Source of the DNA: an uncultured virus (IMG/VR IMGVR_UViG_3300044612_002689)
Taxonomy: Duplodnaviria > Heunggongvirae > Uroviricota > Caudoviricetes
IMG/VR virus record: IMGVR_UViG_3300044612_002689
Length of the DNA stretch: 35,777 nt
Strand: one strand, 5' to 3'
The position numbers and the translations under genes are program-made. Shown here in pieces: positions 16,731 through 27,050 of the stretch. Numbering within the stretch: the stretch's first letter is position 1; the number at the start of each line of letters is the position of its first letter. The notes beneath the pieces were generated by a model. It ran no database searches. It was not told where the DNA came from and saw only the letters and a program-made list of their open reading frames with translations.

Positions 16731-18895
16731 TGGAACTCAAAAAATTAATTAAGGAAAGATTACTCGAAAAAAAAACAAATCAGGAAAAATTAGTGCTTCT
16801 TGAAAATAATCTTCCTGTACGAATTCCGATTATTAATAATACAGAAACAAAAAAAACTGATAAAGCAAATCAACCCAATCAGGGGATTGGTAAAATTATG
16901 AGTTGTAAGGATGGAAAAACACTAATAATTCCTGGGGCAACAACAGATGAAGAAAATAAATTTAAAGTTTGGACATTTGATCAATATACTAATTATTTAC
17001 TAGGAAAAAAACAAAAAGGCGAAACTGGTGAGATTGAAAAGTGTCAGTCATACACTGAAATACAGTGGTTGAAAAAAAGACAATTGGGTCTTAAATTACC
17101 TGACGAAAATACTTGGAAATCACAACAAACTCAACAGTGTTTAATTTTAATCTATAATTCTTGGATGAGCATACCGATAGGTTGTGATCAACAGTTTGCT
17201 ATGAATCGTGGGGCTTATAATGAACTGGTAGGAAAAGAAAAACAAGGGGTAAGTGGTGCAGAATACTTAGATGTAACCTGGTCAGAGAATTGGTGGTTTA
17301 CTCCTAAAGGATACCCACTTTATCAAAGTTGGTATGAACAAAACAAAAAAATTACAGATGCTAAAAAATGGACACCCATACCAGAGATCGTTTCACCCTG
17401 GGAACTTGTAAGTCCAGAAAATGTAATATATACTTCAAGATCAGCACCTAATGTGGAGACTGATTTAGGTAAATTCTCTTTACCTGCTGATCAAAAAACA
17501 TCTTTTAGTAATTTAAATAACCCTTTGAAACCCGAAATTCCATCTACTGAATCTGTTATGAACTATAGTTTTGAAATTTTGGCCTATAAAGATTCGGAAA
17601 TCGAATCGATGAAAAAACATAATATTGACCAAGAGGGTTATGTAATTGATAACACCGGGGATAGAGTAAAAAGTCCTGCATGTTTAAGAAATGGGGAGAT
17701 TTATGTAAATTTAAGAGAAGATCCGGGTGTTAATAAAGATGTGGGGCAATTTTTCGACTATTGGGATAATTATGCACAATGGACGGGTAAAAAAATAATT
17801 GGAGAATTTACCGGAGATGAAGTTTTACTTTGGTTACCACTATATCACAAAGTGGCTTGTAAACAAATGGGAAAAGAACAAGGTTTCAAAAACTCAGCGT
17901 GGAAAAGAATAGAAGTGAACGATTCACAAACTGCATTTTTTATGGTTGTCGACCAAGTATCTACTAAAGAACTTCCGAATCCTTGTGGGGTAGATTATGG
18001 GGTTTTCACATCATGTGGTGGAAATGCCTCAAAATTTACAGATGCGGATCAAAGTATTCTAAATCAATCACAAACAGTGGATAAAAGTGGTTGGCAAACA
18101 CTTTATGGTGGTGCCACAGGTTTAGCGGGTATGGCACCAAGTGAATGTGAACTTGAGTCATATGTAATTCCCACTAATACAGTTTTATCTAATAAAAAAT
18201 TAATGGACGCAGCATTATCAACAGGAGTTGCTAAAAGATGGGTGAGAATTAAATTGTTTGAAACAGCGAAAGCCGATAGTCCAATTGGTAAAGATATGAA
18301 TGTGAGTCATGTTTGGGTAACATCCAAATCTGTTGAGACATGTAGGACTAATGATTATTATTCCAAAAATAGATCTAAAGCAGATAATGAATATGATGAT
18401 GCATCTCACGGATCAATAAATCCAGATCAAAAAACAACTTATCAAAAAACAAAATTCATTTTAGATTTATTAGATGTGAACTCAAATGGCAAAATTGATG
18501 ATTCTGATTTTGATTCTTTGGGAAAACTATTACCAGTCGCTCACAGAAAGAAAATAATTAGAAAAATTAATCCATATATAATGAAAACCTATGGACAAGA
18601 TTTGGAACAACCGGGATCAAATCAAGGAACTATTGATATGTTATTTGTTGGAAAAAGTCAAGATGAGATCTTAGGGATGGCTAATGAAATCTGGAATGAT
18701 TTTTGCGACCCTAAATTAAATAGAGAACTAGTGACATGTTCCGATAATGTTTCCTCTCAGACAAGTTACGAACTAGAAATGTTTCGGTCATACCCAATGG
18801 CATTAATGGTTCCCCCATCAGGCGTGTTTACTAAAACCGTTTATGGTTTTAAAGATGATGGTTCATCAGTAATGGACAACATGGTTGGGCAGTAA
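16730..18895 (+). CDS. Large putative virion protein
   Basis: 721 aa. N-tag LKKLIKERLLE. EF-hand-like loop LDVNSNGKIDDSDF. SH3b-like VNLREDP fragment. Confidence 0.65.
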   Translation: MELKKLIKERLLEKKTNQEKLVLLENNLPVRIPIINNTETKKTDKANQPNQGIGKIMSCKDGKTLIIPGATTDEENKFKVWTFDQYTNYLLGKKQKGETGEIEKCQSYTEIQWLKKRQLGLKLPDENTWKSQQTQQCLILIYNSWMSIPIGCDQQFAMNRGAYNELVGKEKQGVSGAEYLDVTWSENWWFTPKGYPLYQSWYEQNKKITDAKKWTPIPEIVSPWELVSPENVIYTSRSAPNVETDLGKFSLPADQKTSFSNLNNPLKPEIPSTESVMNYSFEILAYKDSEIESMKKHNIDQEGYVIDNTGDRVKSPACLRNGEIYVNLREDPGVNKDVGQFFDYWDNYAQWTGKKIIGEFTGDEVLLWLPLYHKVACKQMGKEQGFKNSAWKRIEVNDSQTAFFMVVDQVSTKELPNPCGVDYGVFTSCGGNASKFTDADQSILNQSQTVDKSGWQTLYGGATGLAGMAPSECELESYVIPTNTVLSNKKLMDAALSTGVAKRWVRIKLFETAKADSPIGKDMNVSHVWVTSKSVETCRTNDYYSKNRSKADNEYDDASHGSINPDQKTTYQKTKFILDLLDVNSNGKIDDSDFDSLGKLLPVAHRKKIIRKINPYIMKTYGQDLEQPGSNQGTIDMLFVGKSQDEILGMANEIWNDFCDPKLNRELVTCSDNVSSQTSYELEMFRSYPMALMVPPSGVFTKTVYGFKDDGSSVMDNMVGQ

Positions 18896-18948
18896 ATATT
18901 TAGAACAATTATGAAAACTTTAGATAAAGTAATGAAAGATAGTTAAAA

Positions 18949-21414
18949 ATGACAAACAAAAATATAAATTTATTATCTGAAATAAAAAAAATTCATGAGT
19001 TGATGAATTTGGACATTATATTAACTGAAACTAAATTAAGTCCAAAACAATTTCATAAAAATATTTTACTTGAGCAGGGGTCTGATAAAGAAGGTCCCTT
19101 AGGTAGTTTTGATTTTGGTACTTACGGTAAAATTTGGTATGTTAAAAAAGGTTTTAATGCATTTTATTTACCTGAAGGTAATTTAGATATTGGAAAATTA
19201 TTTGGTTTGGAAAATAAGCCCAACCATTTCAAAGACGAGTTTGGGTGGCATGAGGCTTACGTTAAAAAAAGTTGGGATGATTACGATATAACTGTTACTC
19301 AGAACTCTCCTGGTCCCGTACAAAACGATCCTTACAAGGAACTTAGAAAACAAGGAACCATAGTTAAAAGATATTACCCGGCCGATGATTGGCAAACTTT
19401 AGAATGGGTAAGAAAAAATAAAATACCTTATGCATTCAAAACAAGTGAGGGTAAGATGTTTGTTTTGGCAATTAAATTGGTGGATTTGGAAAAATCCTTA
19501 TTTCCGGAAGTTATAAGAAAAGACCAAGTTCCTTTGAAACCTATGGAAAAATCTAGAGGATGGAATATTGTAGTTCCAGGGATGGCAGCAACAAGTTCGA
19601 GGTTTGATTTGGGAAGTGCGTATTTTAATGTTGAAACTAACGAGTCTTACAACCAAACAGCACCTATTGTAGAAGATGATCCATCAACATTTGATCTTGA
19701 TACAAGAACTAATTTTGTAAAATTTATGGGTTCATGGCAAGGAATGTTGGCACAAATTGCGGCGAGTCTTGCAATTTACCTTGTGGCAAAAAAATTGGTA
19801 GTTTTAACAAGTTTTTCAACCGTAGCAGGTACTGAGGGAGCGATGGCATTTACAAGTGCAAATCTTAGTCCGGCAAACCTAAGATTAAGATTGGTGCTTT
19901 TTCAAACGATTGGTGAGATTGGATTAAATTCGTTTTTGGCTTTCAATTATCTTAAAGCGGGACCTGAGTACGAATCAATGGCATTTATAACAATGGCGTT
20001 TGCTGCTTGGCCTGCAATCTCGGCATATTGTCCTGGATTAAAAAACTTTTTGGGAACGGAATATTCTAACAAATCGATGTTAGAAATAATAGGAAAACAA
20101 TTAACAGAACAAGCATTGTCTGGGGTTGATTTGGGGTTATCCATGACATTACTTAAAGGATCAATGCAACCAGAAGAATGGGCGGTTTTATATAAATTCA
20201 TGGAAGCAATGACAAAACCTGAGTTACAAGCGGAAATAAAACAAGCGTTTAAGATGTTGTTTGAAACCGGAGAGACAGGATTTTATGGTCAAGTAAATAA
20301 AACTTTGGTATCGAATGTGACGGAAGAAGGATTAGCGATGCAAGCACTTAGACAAAAATACGCAAAAGTGTTATCATTAATTGATGGGATAAATGATGAA
20401 TTGGCAAAACCTAATGCAGGATTTTTATCAACGTTTACAAAATCTCTTGGAACGGTGGTTGCTTATCAAAAAGTATTAATTAATATTTATGATCGTTTTT
20501 CTTCTAAACCAGAGAATAAAGATAAAATTAATGACCAAACAGCAAAACAACACGCACAAAACTCTAAAGCGGCCCTTGATAAAAAGTATAGTGAATGTCC
20601 TGGGTGGGAAAAGAAAATAATGTCAGAAAAAGATGCTCAAGATGAATTTTCATTAAGATCAATGACATTTAGTGAAGACACATTAAAGAAATTATTTGAA
20701 AATGGTGTGTTTACCGATGAAGCAACAAAGGTATGGAAAGAAACGGTACTTCTACAGTCCCTTCTTAATTTAAAAAAGAGACAACAACAAGGAGGTCAAA
20801 AAGTGGTTGAATACCTGGAAGGTGTCAGTGGTTTATTAAATTATTTTAATAGTGATCTATGTTGGGAAACTGATGTTGTGTCAAAAAATCCTGATTTGGC
20901 AAATCAAATTTTAACAATTTGTGAGGAATCAGGATATGTTTTAACAGATGATGATGAGGCTTGTAAAAAGAAAATTGGTGGTAGATCAATTAATTGTCTT
21001 CCTTGTATTGCAAAATCTACAGATGTTAGAGAAGGTTATAAAAAGTACGCAAAGGGTGAAGTTGTTACAAATATAGAAAATCCTTTGAATAGACCTGTGG
21101 ATCCAAATGTGGTAAAACCAGTTGAGCCCAAACCAGAAGAATGGACCGGAACTAATTGGGAAAAAGTAACACAGGTTAAATATAATAGTTACCGTATACA
21201 ACCCCATAAATATGATGTATACAGTGCTGGAACTCCACCAAACGTTGTTTATTACGGAAAAATAAAACAAACAAATCAATTTAGTAATAATCCGAATCAA
21301 CAATATCCTTCAAACAATTCTCAGTTACAACAACCAGAAACTACTACTGAACCAAAAAAACCAGGTATAAAACAAAAATTAAAAGATAAATTTGGTAAAA
21401 GGATTGGAAAATAA
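18949..21414 (+). CDS. Large putative virion/ejection protein with central hydrophobic helices
   Basis: 821 aa. N-tag LLSEIKKIHELM...ILLE|Q. Hydrophobic block at about aa 262-360. Confidence 0.65.
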   Translation: MTNKNINLLSEIKKIHELMNLDIILTETKLSPKQFHKNILLEQGSDKEGPLGSFDFGTYGKIWYVKKGFNAFYLPEGNLDIGKLFGLENKPNHFKDEFGWHEAYVKKSWDDYDITVTQNSPGPVQNDPYKELRKQGTIVKRYYPADDWQTLEWVRKNKIPYAFKTSEGKMFVLAIKLVDLEKSLFPEVIRKDQVPLKPMEKSRGWNIVVPGMAATSSRFDLGSAYFNVETNESYNQTAPIVEDDPSTFDLDTRTNFVKFMGSWQGMLAQIAASLAIYLVAKKLVVLTSFSTVAGTEGAMAFTSANLSPANLRLRLVLFQTIGEIGLNSFLAFNYLKAGPEYESMAFITMAFAAWPAISAYCPGLKNFLGTEYSNKSMLEIIGKQLTEQALSGVDLGLSMTLLKGSMQPEEWAVLYKFMEAMTKPELQAEIKQAFKMLFETGETGFYGQVNKTLVSNVTEEGLAMQALRQKYAKVLSLIDGINDELAKPNAGFLSTFTKSLGTVVAYQKVLINIYDRFSSKPENKDKINDQTAKQHAQNSKAALDKKYSECPGWEKKIMSEKDAQDEFSLRSMTFSEDTLKKLFENGVFTDEATKVWKETVLLQSLLNLKKRQQQGGQKVVEYLEGVSGLLNYFNSDLCWETDVVSKNPDLANQILTICEESGYVLTDDDEACKKKIGGRSINCLPCIAKSTDVREGYKKYAKGEVVTNIENPLNRPVDPNVVKPVEPKPEEWTGTNWEKVTQVKYNSYRIQPHKYDVYSAGTPPNVVYYGKIKQTNQFSNNPNQQYPSNNSQLQQPETTTEPKKPGIKQKLKDKFGKRIGK

Positions 21415-21474
21415 ACATTATTAAACTATAAATTAATTTTTTCATAATTAATAGTATTTATAAAAAAACAAGAT

Positions 21475-23103
21475 ATGCAAAGAAATAGAAAAATGACACT
21501 TAATGAGGAATTTGCTCTTATGAGAAAAATGTTTCATAAAATGGGTGTCACAGAAGTTCTGAAAGAAAACAAAATAAGATTAAATGAATCATTAGGATCA
21601 GGTTTACCAAGTGTATTGGATGGGCTCACACCGGGGTCATCTGTTGCACTAATCGGTAAAACAGTTCTTCCTGAAATCGAGAATGCAATTTTGATGTCGG
21701 CAAAAAATAGTGATTTAATCATGACTAAACTAGGTAAAAAAGTTGGTGATAATTTGACATTTGACGATATAATCAGTGGTGGTTTGATGGGTACAACTAA
21801 AAGAGAAGTTGCACAAAGTATTGTAGAAGAGTTAGGAGAAAGTGGTGTTACCCTTATGAAAAATTTAGGAGATATTTTAGGAGGTGCCAACGTAACTTCA
21901 CTAAAAAATCAAATTGCTGAATTATCAACTGAACCTCAAAGACAGGTACAAAGTAAATTACAGAACATTCAAAAACAAATTGATGTTCCTGATCAGGCAA
22001 AAAAGGCAGCAAATTTAGAAACAGTCGCTGACTTATTACCTGGTTTAAGAAATGCAGTAGATAGTGATATAAATTTAACCGCAACTCAAAAAACCGCAAT
22101 AAACGAATTATTTGATTCACTTGAAGCCCAGGCAAATGCTTATAAAACAAAAAGTAGTGATGTCTTTGAACTAGATCCGGCAATTCAAAAAACAATAAAT
22201 GAATTACAGGAGGGAAATTATTCATCAATAAGAAATGTAATGAACAGTAATCCCGACGTGAAACTCAAGTTGTCCGATGGAGAAATCACGAGTTTGAAAA
22301 ATGCTGTTGATGAAATGAGTGATGAAGAAATCAATAAGGTATTTGATGACTTAGTGGTGCCTATATTAAAAAATGAAAAACCAAAACCCTCAAGTGGTGG
22401 AGGTTATTTGTATAGTGGTATTCCAATACCCCCGAATATAAATGAAAAAACAGATCAAATCATAACTGTGATTCATAAGATTATTGCGGGTATATTTGGA
22501 ATTGTCCCAGCAATTTTGAACGGACTTTTGGGAGCATTAAAAGGAAACACAAGAAAGACTATAGTGTGGATACTAGTAATAGCAGCCGTTTTGTATCTTG
22601 GATATGAAGTATACCAATATTTTGCCAACGGTGGGTTTAAACGAGATGTAAAAGATACTATTACCGCAGATTCAAAGGACGAAGATTGTTGCGAGGCAAT
22701 AATTGGGTATAATGACCTTAATAGTGATCAGCAAAAATTTGTTGTCGTTAAATATGGGTGTAAAGACACAAAAAACAACACTACGAATGGGGTTGCGTCT
22801 TTTGGGGTTGATGAAAACACGGGGTGTGTAATTGCTGTGAGAAAAGGTGGTACTTCAGAAAAATGGACAGTAAGTGCTGGGGGTGTCGGGGAACCATGCA
22901 GCGGAAATAACGTAACTCCACCACCAAACAATTCTTGTAAATGTACACTAGCAACTATGCAAGCGAGTCTTACTGCCGATGGAATTAATTATTCTAATGA
23001 GGCATTTGACACTACAAGTTGTACTGGTACTTACGATGAAACAGTAACACTTGAGGATGGTAATACTAAAGTGGTTAACCAAACATTTGAATGTGATAAA
23101 TAA
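21475..23103 (+). CDS. Polymorphic family member 3: shared N-domain, TM helices, Cys-rich C-domain
   Basis: N-domain aligns with 462 and 1913 (IENAILMSAKNSDLIMTKLGKKVGDNLTFDD). TM segment IVWILVIAAVLYLGY. TATTTAT at 21455-21461. Confidence 0.75.
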   Translation: MQRNRKMTLNEEFALMRKMFHKMGVTEVLKENKIRLNESLGSGLPSVLDGLTPGSSVALIGKTVLPEIENAILMSAKNSDLIMTKLGKKVGDNLTFDDIISGGLMGTTKREVAQSIVEELGESGVTLMKNLGDILGGANVTSLKNQIAELSTEPQRQVQSKLQNIQKQIDVPDQAKKAANLETVADLLPGLRNAVDSDINLTATQKTAINELFDSLEAQANAYKTKSSDVFELDPAIQKTINELQEGNYSSIRNVMNSNPDVKLKLSDGEITSLKNAVDEMSDEEINKVFDDLVVPILKNEKPKPSSGGGYLYSGIPIPPNINEKTDQIITVIHKIIAGIFGIVPAILNGLLGALKGNTRKTIVWILVIAAVLYLGYEVYQYFANGGFKRDVKDTITADSKDEDCCEAIIGYNDLNSDQQKFVVVKYGCKDTKNNTTNGVASFGVDENTGCVIAVRKGGTSEKWTVSAGGVGEPCSGNNVTPPPNNSCKCTLATMQASLTADGINYSNEAFDTTSCTGTYDETVTLEDGNTKVVNQTFECDK

Positions 23104-23131
23104 TAAAGATCTATTAAAAAAATAAAAAAAA

Positions 23132-25672
23132 ATGCCATTTACAGAAGTAAAATGTAATTCAGAAGAAGCCAAATTGAAACTTAGTGGTTTCGAAAAAGTT
23201 AGCCAAGTAAAGTATAATTCCAAAAAGGTTGATCCCGCATATGAAACTAGAAAATTAGATTGCGTTAAGGGTGCAAGATATTTTATTAAAAAGAAATCTT
23301 CTCAAACTAAGAAGTACAAATGTAATGGTCAAAATTGTGTTCCGGATGTAAATGGACCATACACAACGTCAAATTGTGATGGAAAGTGTAAAGGATCAAA
23401 CCCAACTCCAACACCAAATCCTCCACAAAAAACAAAGTGTAAAAGTGGAAATTCAACAACCGGATTCAAAAATCAGGCTGAAGGGGATAGTTTTAGAGAA
23501 TTTATTCATAGATTTTATCCTGATGTTGCAAGTAAATATGATTTATGGATATCATATAGAAGATATGATAACTGCACAATAAGAGACGTATTTTATGCAC
23601 AAAATCTAAAAGACGAATTTAAAAGAAGTTATGGGGCTTTGTATAAACTTTACTTACAAAATCCGTCATTTGATCCAAATAATGCGAATACACCATCACA
23701 AAATAATCCAGAGGCTCAAAAGAAGGTTTTTGAAACCCTAATAGAAAATGGACAAATTACATCAAATGGGATTTTTGCAAAATTTGAGGGCAAAACAGTC
23801 TATATTACAAAAAATGATAAAGATGTCATTACAAAATATGATCCAAGTAAAGAGGTAAATTATTATCCGGTTACTAAAGATGAATTGACGGTCGAAAAAT
23901 TAAATGACAAAGATTTTGTATATTTTGTTCACTTTCCTTTAGTAGGTGATACTGGTCAATTAGGGCAACTCGTAAAAGAAAAAGATTTCAAAGGAGAAAA
24001 ATTAACAATTTTGGTAAATCCTAACTGGAAATGGTCTCCAAAGAAAAAAGTTGAACAAGTTACGTTTTATGAAAGTATCAGTAGAAGTTTAAAAAGGGCA
24101 TTAAAAAAAAAACTTCATGAACAAGTTTACAGTTTCTCAGCACCGTTTGTAAGTAATCAACAATCATCTATTAATTATTCTTTTCAAAACCCACAAAACC
24201 AAACTTTAAGTTCTTTTATGGGTTATAGTTTGAACCAAACGACACAAAATTTGAGTCAAACGGATATTCAAAAAATTGATAAACTCAAACAGGAGGCAAT
24301 TCAAATACTAACAAAATTAAGAGGATTAGCAACCAATCCTGATGATAAAAAACAAATTGATGAGGCAATCGCATTATTAAACTCAATTGATTCGTCACAA
24401 GTATGTACTCCCGATAATCAACAAAAAGTTATTTTAGGAAAACAACAATTGGAATTAATGAAATCAAAATTAACCGGATTTCAAAATGCTGCGATTGGAA
24501 AAGATGTTAATAGACTTATTCAAATAATGGATGAGGTAATTCAAATTTGTAAAAATCAAACACAAACTACCACTAATCAACCCACTACAAATCAACCTAC
24601 AACTAATCAACCTACAACTAATCAACCAACTACTAATCAACCAACTACCACCAATCAACAGACTACTGGTCAAGCAAGTGAATTAGATCAATTACGTATA
24701 CAATTTGGTTTTGTGACTGAGGATGGTAAACCTGTTTCCGCAAAAAATAGAATTATTCAAATGGATAAACTACCAAACTATGGGATAAATGGTCAGGGAA
24801 GTTTACAAAATGCAATTAATAATGGTGCGAGGTCTGATTATTTTCATATTTATAACAAATTAATCAAACTAGAGTTTGATGCCACAGAACAAGATGCACA
24901 TTTATTGAAGTATCCATCTAAAACCGAAACTGAGGTTTATGATGAACCAAAATACCAAACACAAACTACTGATATTACAAACACACCTGGAGGTCAAGGA
25001 GAAATGCAAGACAACTCCACAAATCAGACACAACAGACATCACAAGTTCAGGTAGGATCAGTCAAAAAAACAAGGGATGTTGTGAAGGGAGGTGACGAAA
25101 TTACTGAAAATAACTTCTCCGGATTATCTCCATTGACAGATGATGACTCAAAAATTAACTATAGAGAGACAAATTTTGGATTTTATTTGGGTAACAAATC
25201 TGCTTTGAAAATATTTGTTCTTAAGGGTAGTGAATCGTCAATCTCATCAGGTGGTTGTACTTGTGAATGGGATGATGTAAGAGCAATTGAAGAGTTAGAA
25301 AAATATATTGTTGAGGCTTTAACTTCTGATGGAGGAAGGTATCAAGGAAATAAATGGAAAAAATTATGTTCATGTTACCTTAAAGGTAGATTCGATAGTT
25401 TTGTCAATGGTACTTTGAAAATTGATCTTTCGGATTTAGCAACAAGATACGATCTATCACAAGAAGAGTTTGGTAGAGCGGCCGGAAAAAGACTTTCGTG
25501 GAAAGAAATTAAAGAACTGATTCAAACTGGTCAAACTGGAAATTTAAAACTTAAGAGTAGAGATTATAAAGATGTTGACTTTGGAGAATTAAATTGTCCT
25601 TGTGAGAGAAGTGGAACAATGAATGAATCCAAGGTTTCTAGATTAAGAAGAAGAATACTACAAAATCTCTAG
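23132..25672 (+). CDS. Large putative virion protein with Cys-rich N-region and TTNQP repeats
   Basis: 846 aa. Internal tag FYESISRSLKRALKKKLHE|Q and C-terminal MNESKVSRLRRRILQNL. Confidence 0.65.
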   Translation: MPFTEVKCNSEEAKLKLSGFEKVSQVKYNSKKVDPAYETRKLDCVKGARYFIKKKSSQTKKYKCNGQNCVPDVNGPYTTSNCDGKCKGSNPTPTPNPPQKTKCKSGNSTTGFKNQAEGDSFREFIHRFYPDVASKYDLWISYRRYDNCTIRDVFYAQNLKDEFKRSYGALYKLYLQNPSFDPNNANTPSQNNPEAQKKVFETLIENGQITSNGIFAKFEGKTVYITKNDKDVITKYDPSKEVNYYPVTKDELTVEKLNDKDFVYFVHFPLVGDTGQLGQLVKEKDFKGEKLTILVNPNWKWSPKKKVEQVTFYESISRSLKRALKKKLHEQVYSFSAPFVSNQQSSINYSFQNPQNQTLSSFMGYSLNQTTQNLSQTDIQKIDKLKQEAIQILTKLRGLATNPDDKKQIDEAIALLNSIDSSQVCTPDNQQKVILGKQQLELMKSKLTGFQNAAIGKDVNRLIQIMDEVIQICKNQTQTTTNQPTTNQPTTNQPTTNQPTTNQPTTTNQQTTGQASELDQLRIQFGFVTEDGKPVSAKNRIIQMDKLPNYGINGQGSLQNAINNGARSDYFHIYNKLIKLEFDATEQDAHLLKYPSKTETEVYDEPKYQTQTTDITNTPGGQGEMQDNSTNQTQQTSQVQVGSVKKTRDVVKGGDEITENNFSGLSPLTDDDSKINYRETNFGFYLGNKSALKIFVLKGSESSISSGGCTCEWDDVRAIEELEKYIVEALTSDGGRYQGNKWKKLCSCYLKGRFDSFVNGTLKIDLSDLATRYDLSQEEFGRAAGKRLSWKEIKELIQTGQTGNLKLKSRDYKDVDFGELNCPCERSGTMNESKVSRLRRRILQNL
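24569..24661 (+). repeat. 15-bp coding tandem repeat (TTNQP x5 + partial)
   Basis: ACnACnAATCAACCn units with synonymous variation. Confidence 0.9.
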
Positions 25673-25694
25673 GAATTTCTTAATATTTTAATTA

Positions 25695-26324
25695 ATGAAG
25701 GATTTGGACAACAAAGAAGGTTACTCTATTGTTATTGCTACAATGTGGAAGAGTGAGTTTCTACTTAAAATGTTACCAATTTATCAAAAAGAAGAAAAAA
25801 TTAAAGAAATCATTTTAATAGATAACGAATACCAATCAAGACCAAAAATCGAAGATTTGTCCAAAATTATATACTATTCTGAACACAAAAATTTATTTGT
25901 AAATCCTGCGTGGAATAAGGGAGTTTCATTGTCAAAATATAAACTAATTATTGCAAATGATGACATTTTGATCCCAAATATCGGAGATTTATTAGATTTA
26001 ATAGATAAAAACGACTATGATTTTTTAGGGATAAGTTGGGAAAATTCTGACGATTTAAGAATAGAACCGGTAAATGAATTTTTAAGAAAGGGATATGGTT
26101 GTTTTATGTACATAAAAAATTACTTTATTGTACCAGAGGAGTTTAAAATTTTCAGAGGAGATTTTTTTCAATACAACAATTCAAAAAATCCCGGGATTAT
26201 TTTCAACCCCGAATTAGATGGTGAAATTGCCGCAACTAGAAAATCAAATGAAATTTTCAGAGAAATTAGTATAAATGATTTGGAAACTTACAAAGATAAA
26301 TATGAAATAAAAACAGAAGAATGA
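25695..26324 (+). CDS. GT-A fold glycosyltransferase (GT2-like)
   Basis: YSIVIATMW, EIILIDN, NLFVNPAWNKG, IANDD (DxD-like). Confidence 0.75.
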   Translation: MKDLDNKEGYSIVIATMWKSEFLLKMLPIYQKEEKIKEIILIDNEYQSRPKIEDLSKIIYYSEHKNLFVNPAWNKGVSLSKYKLIIANDDILIPNIGDLLDLIDKNDYDFLGISWENSDDLRIEPVNEFLRKGYGCFMYIKNYFIVPEEFKIFRGDFFQYNNSKNPGIIFNPELDGEIAATRKSNEIFREISINDLETYKDKYEIKTEE

Positions 26325-27049
26325 AAATTGCCGTCTGTGTCCATTTATATCATATTGATATGTTAGATTCTATAAGATCATATTTGAGTAATCTAGAACA
26401 TGAATATGATTTATATATTGGATTGACTAAAAATTATCCTCAAAGTTTTCTTCATAATCTTAAACAAACAAATAAAAATACCAATATTGTTTTTGTACAA
26501 AATATAGGAATGGATGTGGGTGGTTTTTTACAAATATATAAAACAATAAGAGATTCATATGATTTAATTTTAAAAATTCACACAAAAAAAGGTTTGGGAT
26601 CACCCACCAGACCATCAATACATTTGTCAAGGCATGGTTTAGAAAGTGCAAATCATAGGGGACAGGTTTGGTTTAACGGTCTGATGCATGGAGTACTTGG
26701 TTCGAAAGAACGTGTTGATAGAATTATTGATAACTTTAAAAATAACCCCGATTGTGGAATGGTTGGGGCTAAAAAAAACAATAATTTTGCGGTAAATTTA
26801 AGTTGTATGAATGAAATATTTTCATGGGTCAATTTAAAAACAAATACTGATGGTCACTTTTTTGTTGGGGGGACAATTTTTTGGATAAATAATGATATTT
26901 TGAAAAAATATTTAACAGATGATGTTATTGATAAAATTTTAGAAATCTCTCCACCAGGTTATGTACATGAACCATCAATAAATCATGCAATGGAAAGAAT
27001 TTTTGGTTCATTAGTATATGTAGAAAATAAACAAATTTATATTCTATAA
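26321..27049 (+). CDS. Rhamnan synthesis protein F (RgpF) family protein
   Basis: IAVCVHLYH, NIGMDVGGFL, YDLILKIHTKK, FVGGTIFW, HAMERIF. Confidence 0.8.
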   Translation: MKIAVCVHLYHIDMLDSIRSYLSNLEHEYDLYIGLTKNYPQSFLHNLKQTNKNTNIVFVQNIGMDVGGFLQIYKTIRDSYDLILKIHTKKGLGSPTRPSIHLSRHGLESANHRGQVWFNGLMHGVLGSKERVDRIIDNFKNNPDCGMVGAKKNNNFAVNLSCMNEIFSWVNLKTNTDGHFFVGGTIFWINNDILKKYLTDDVIDKILEISPPGYVHEPSINHAMERIFGSLVYVENKQIYIL

Positions 27050-27050
27050 G

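Noticed and set aside
18893..18946. In-frame 16-codon extension after the TAA of CDS 16730 (IFRTIMKTLDKVMKDS), a possible readthrough
   Set aside because: Short, expected by chance, and no recoding signal is visible.
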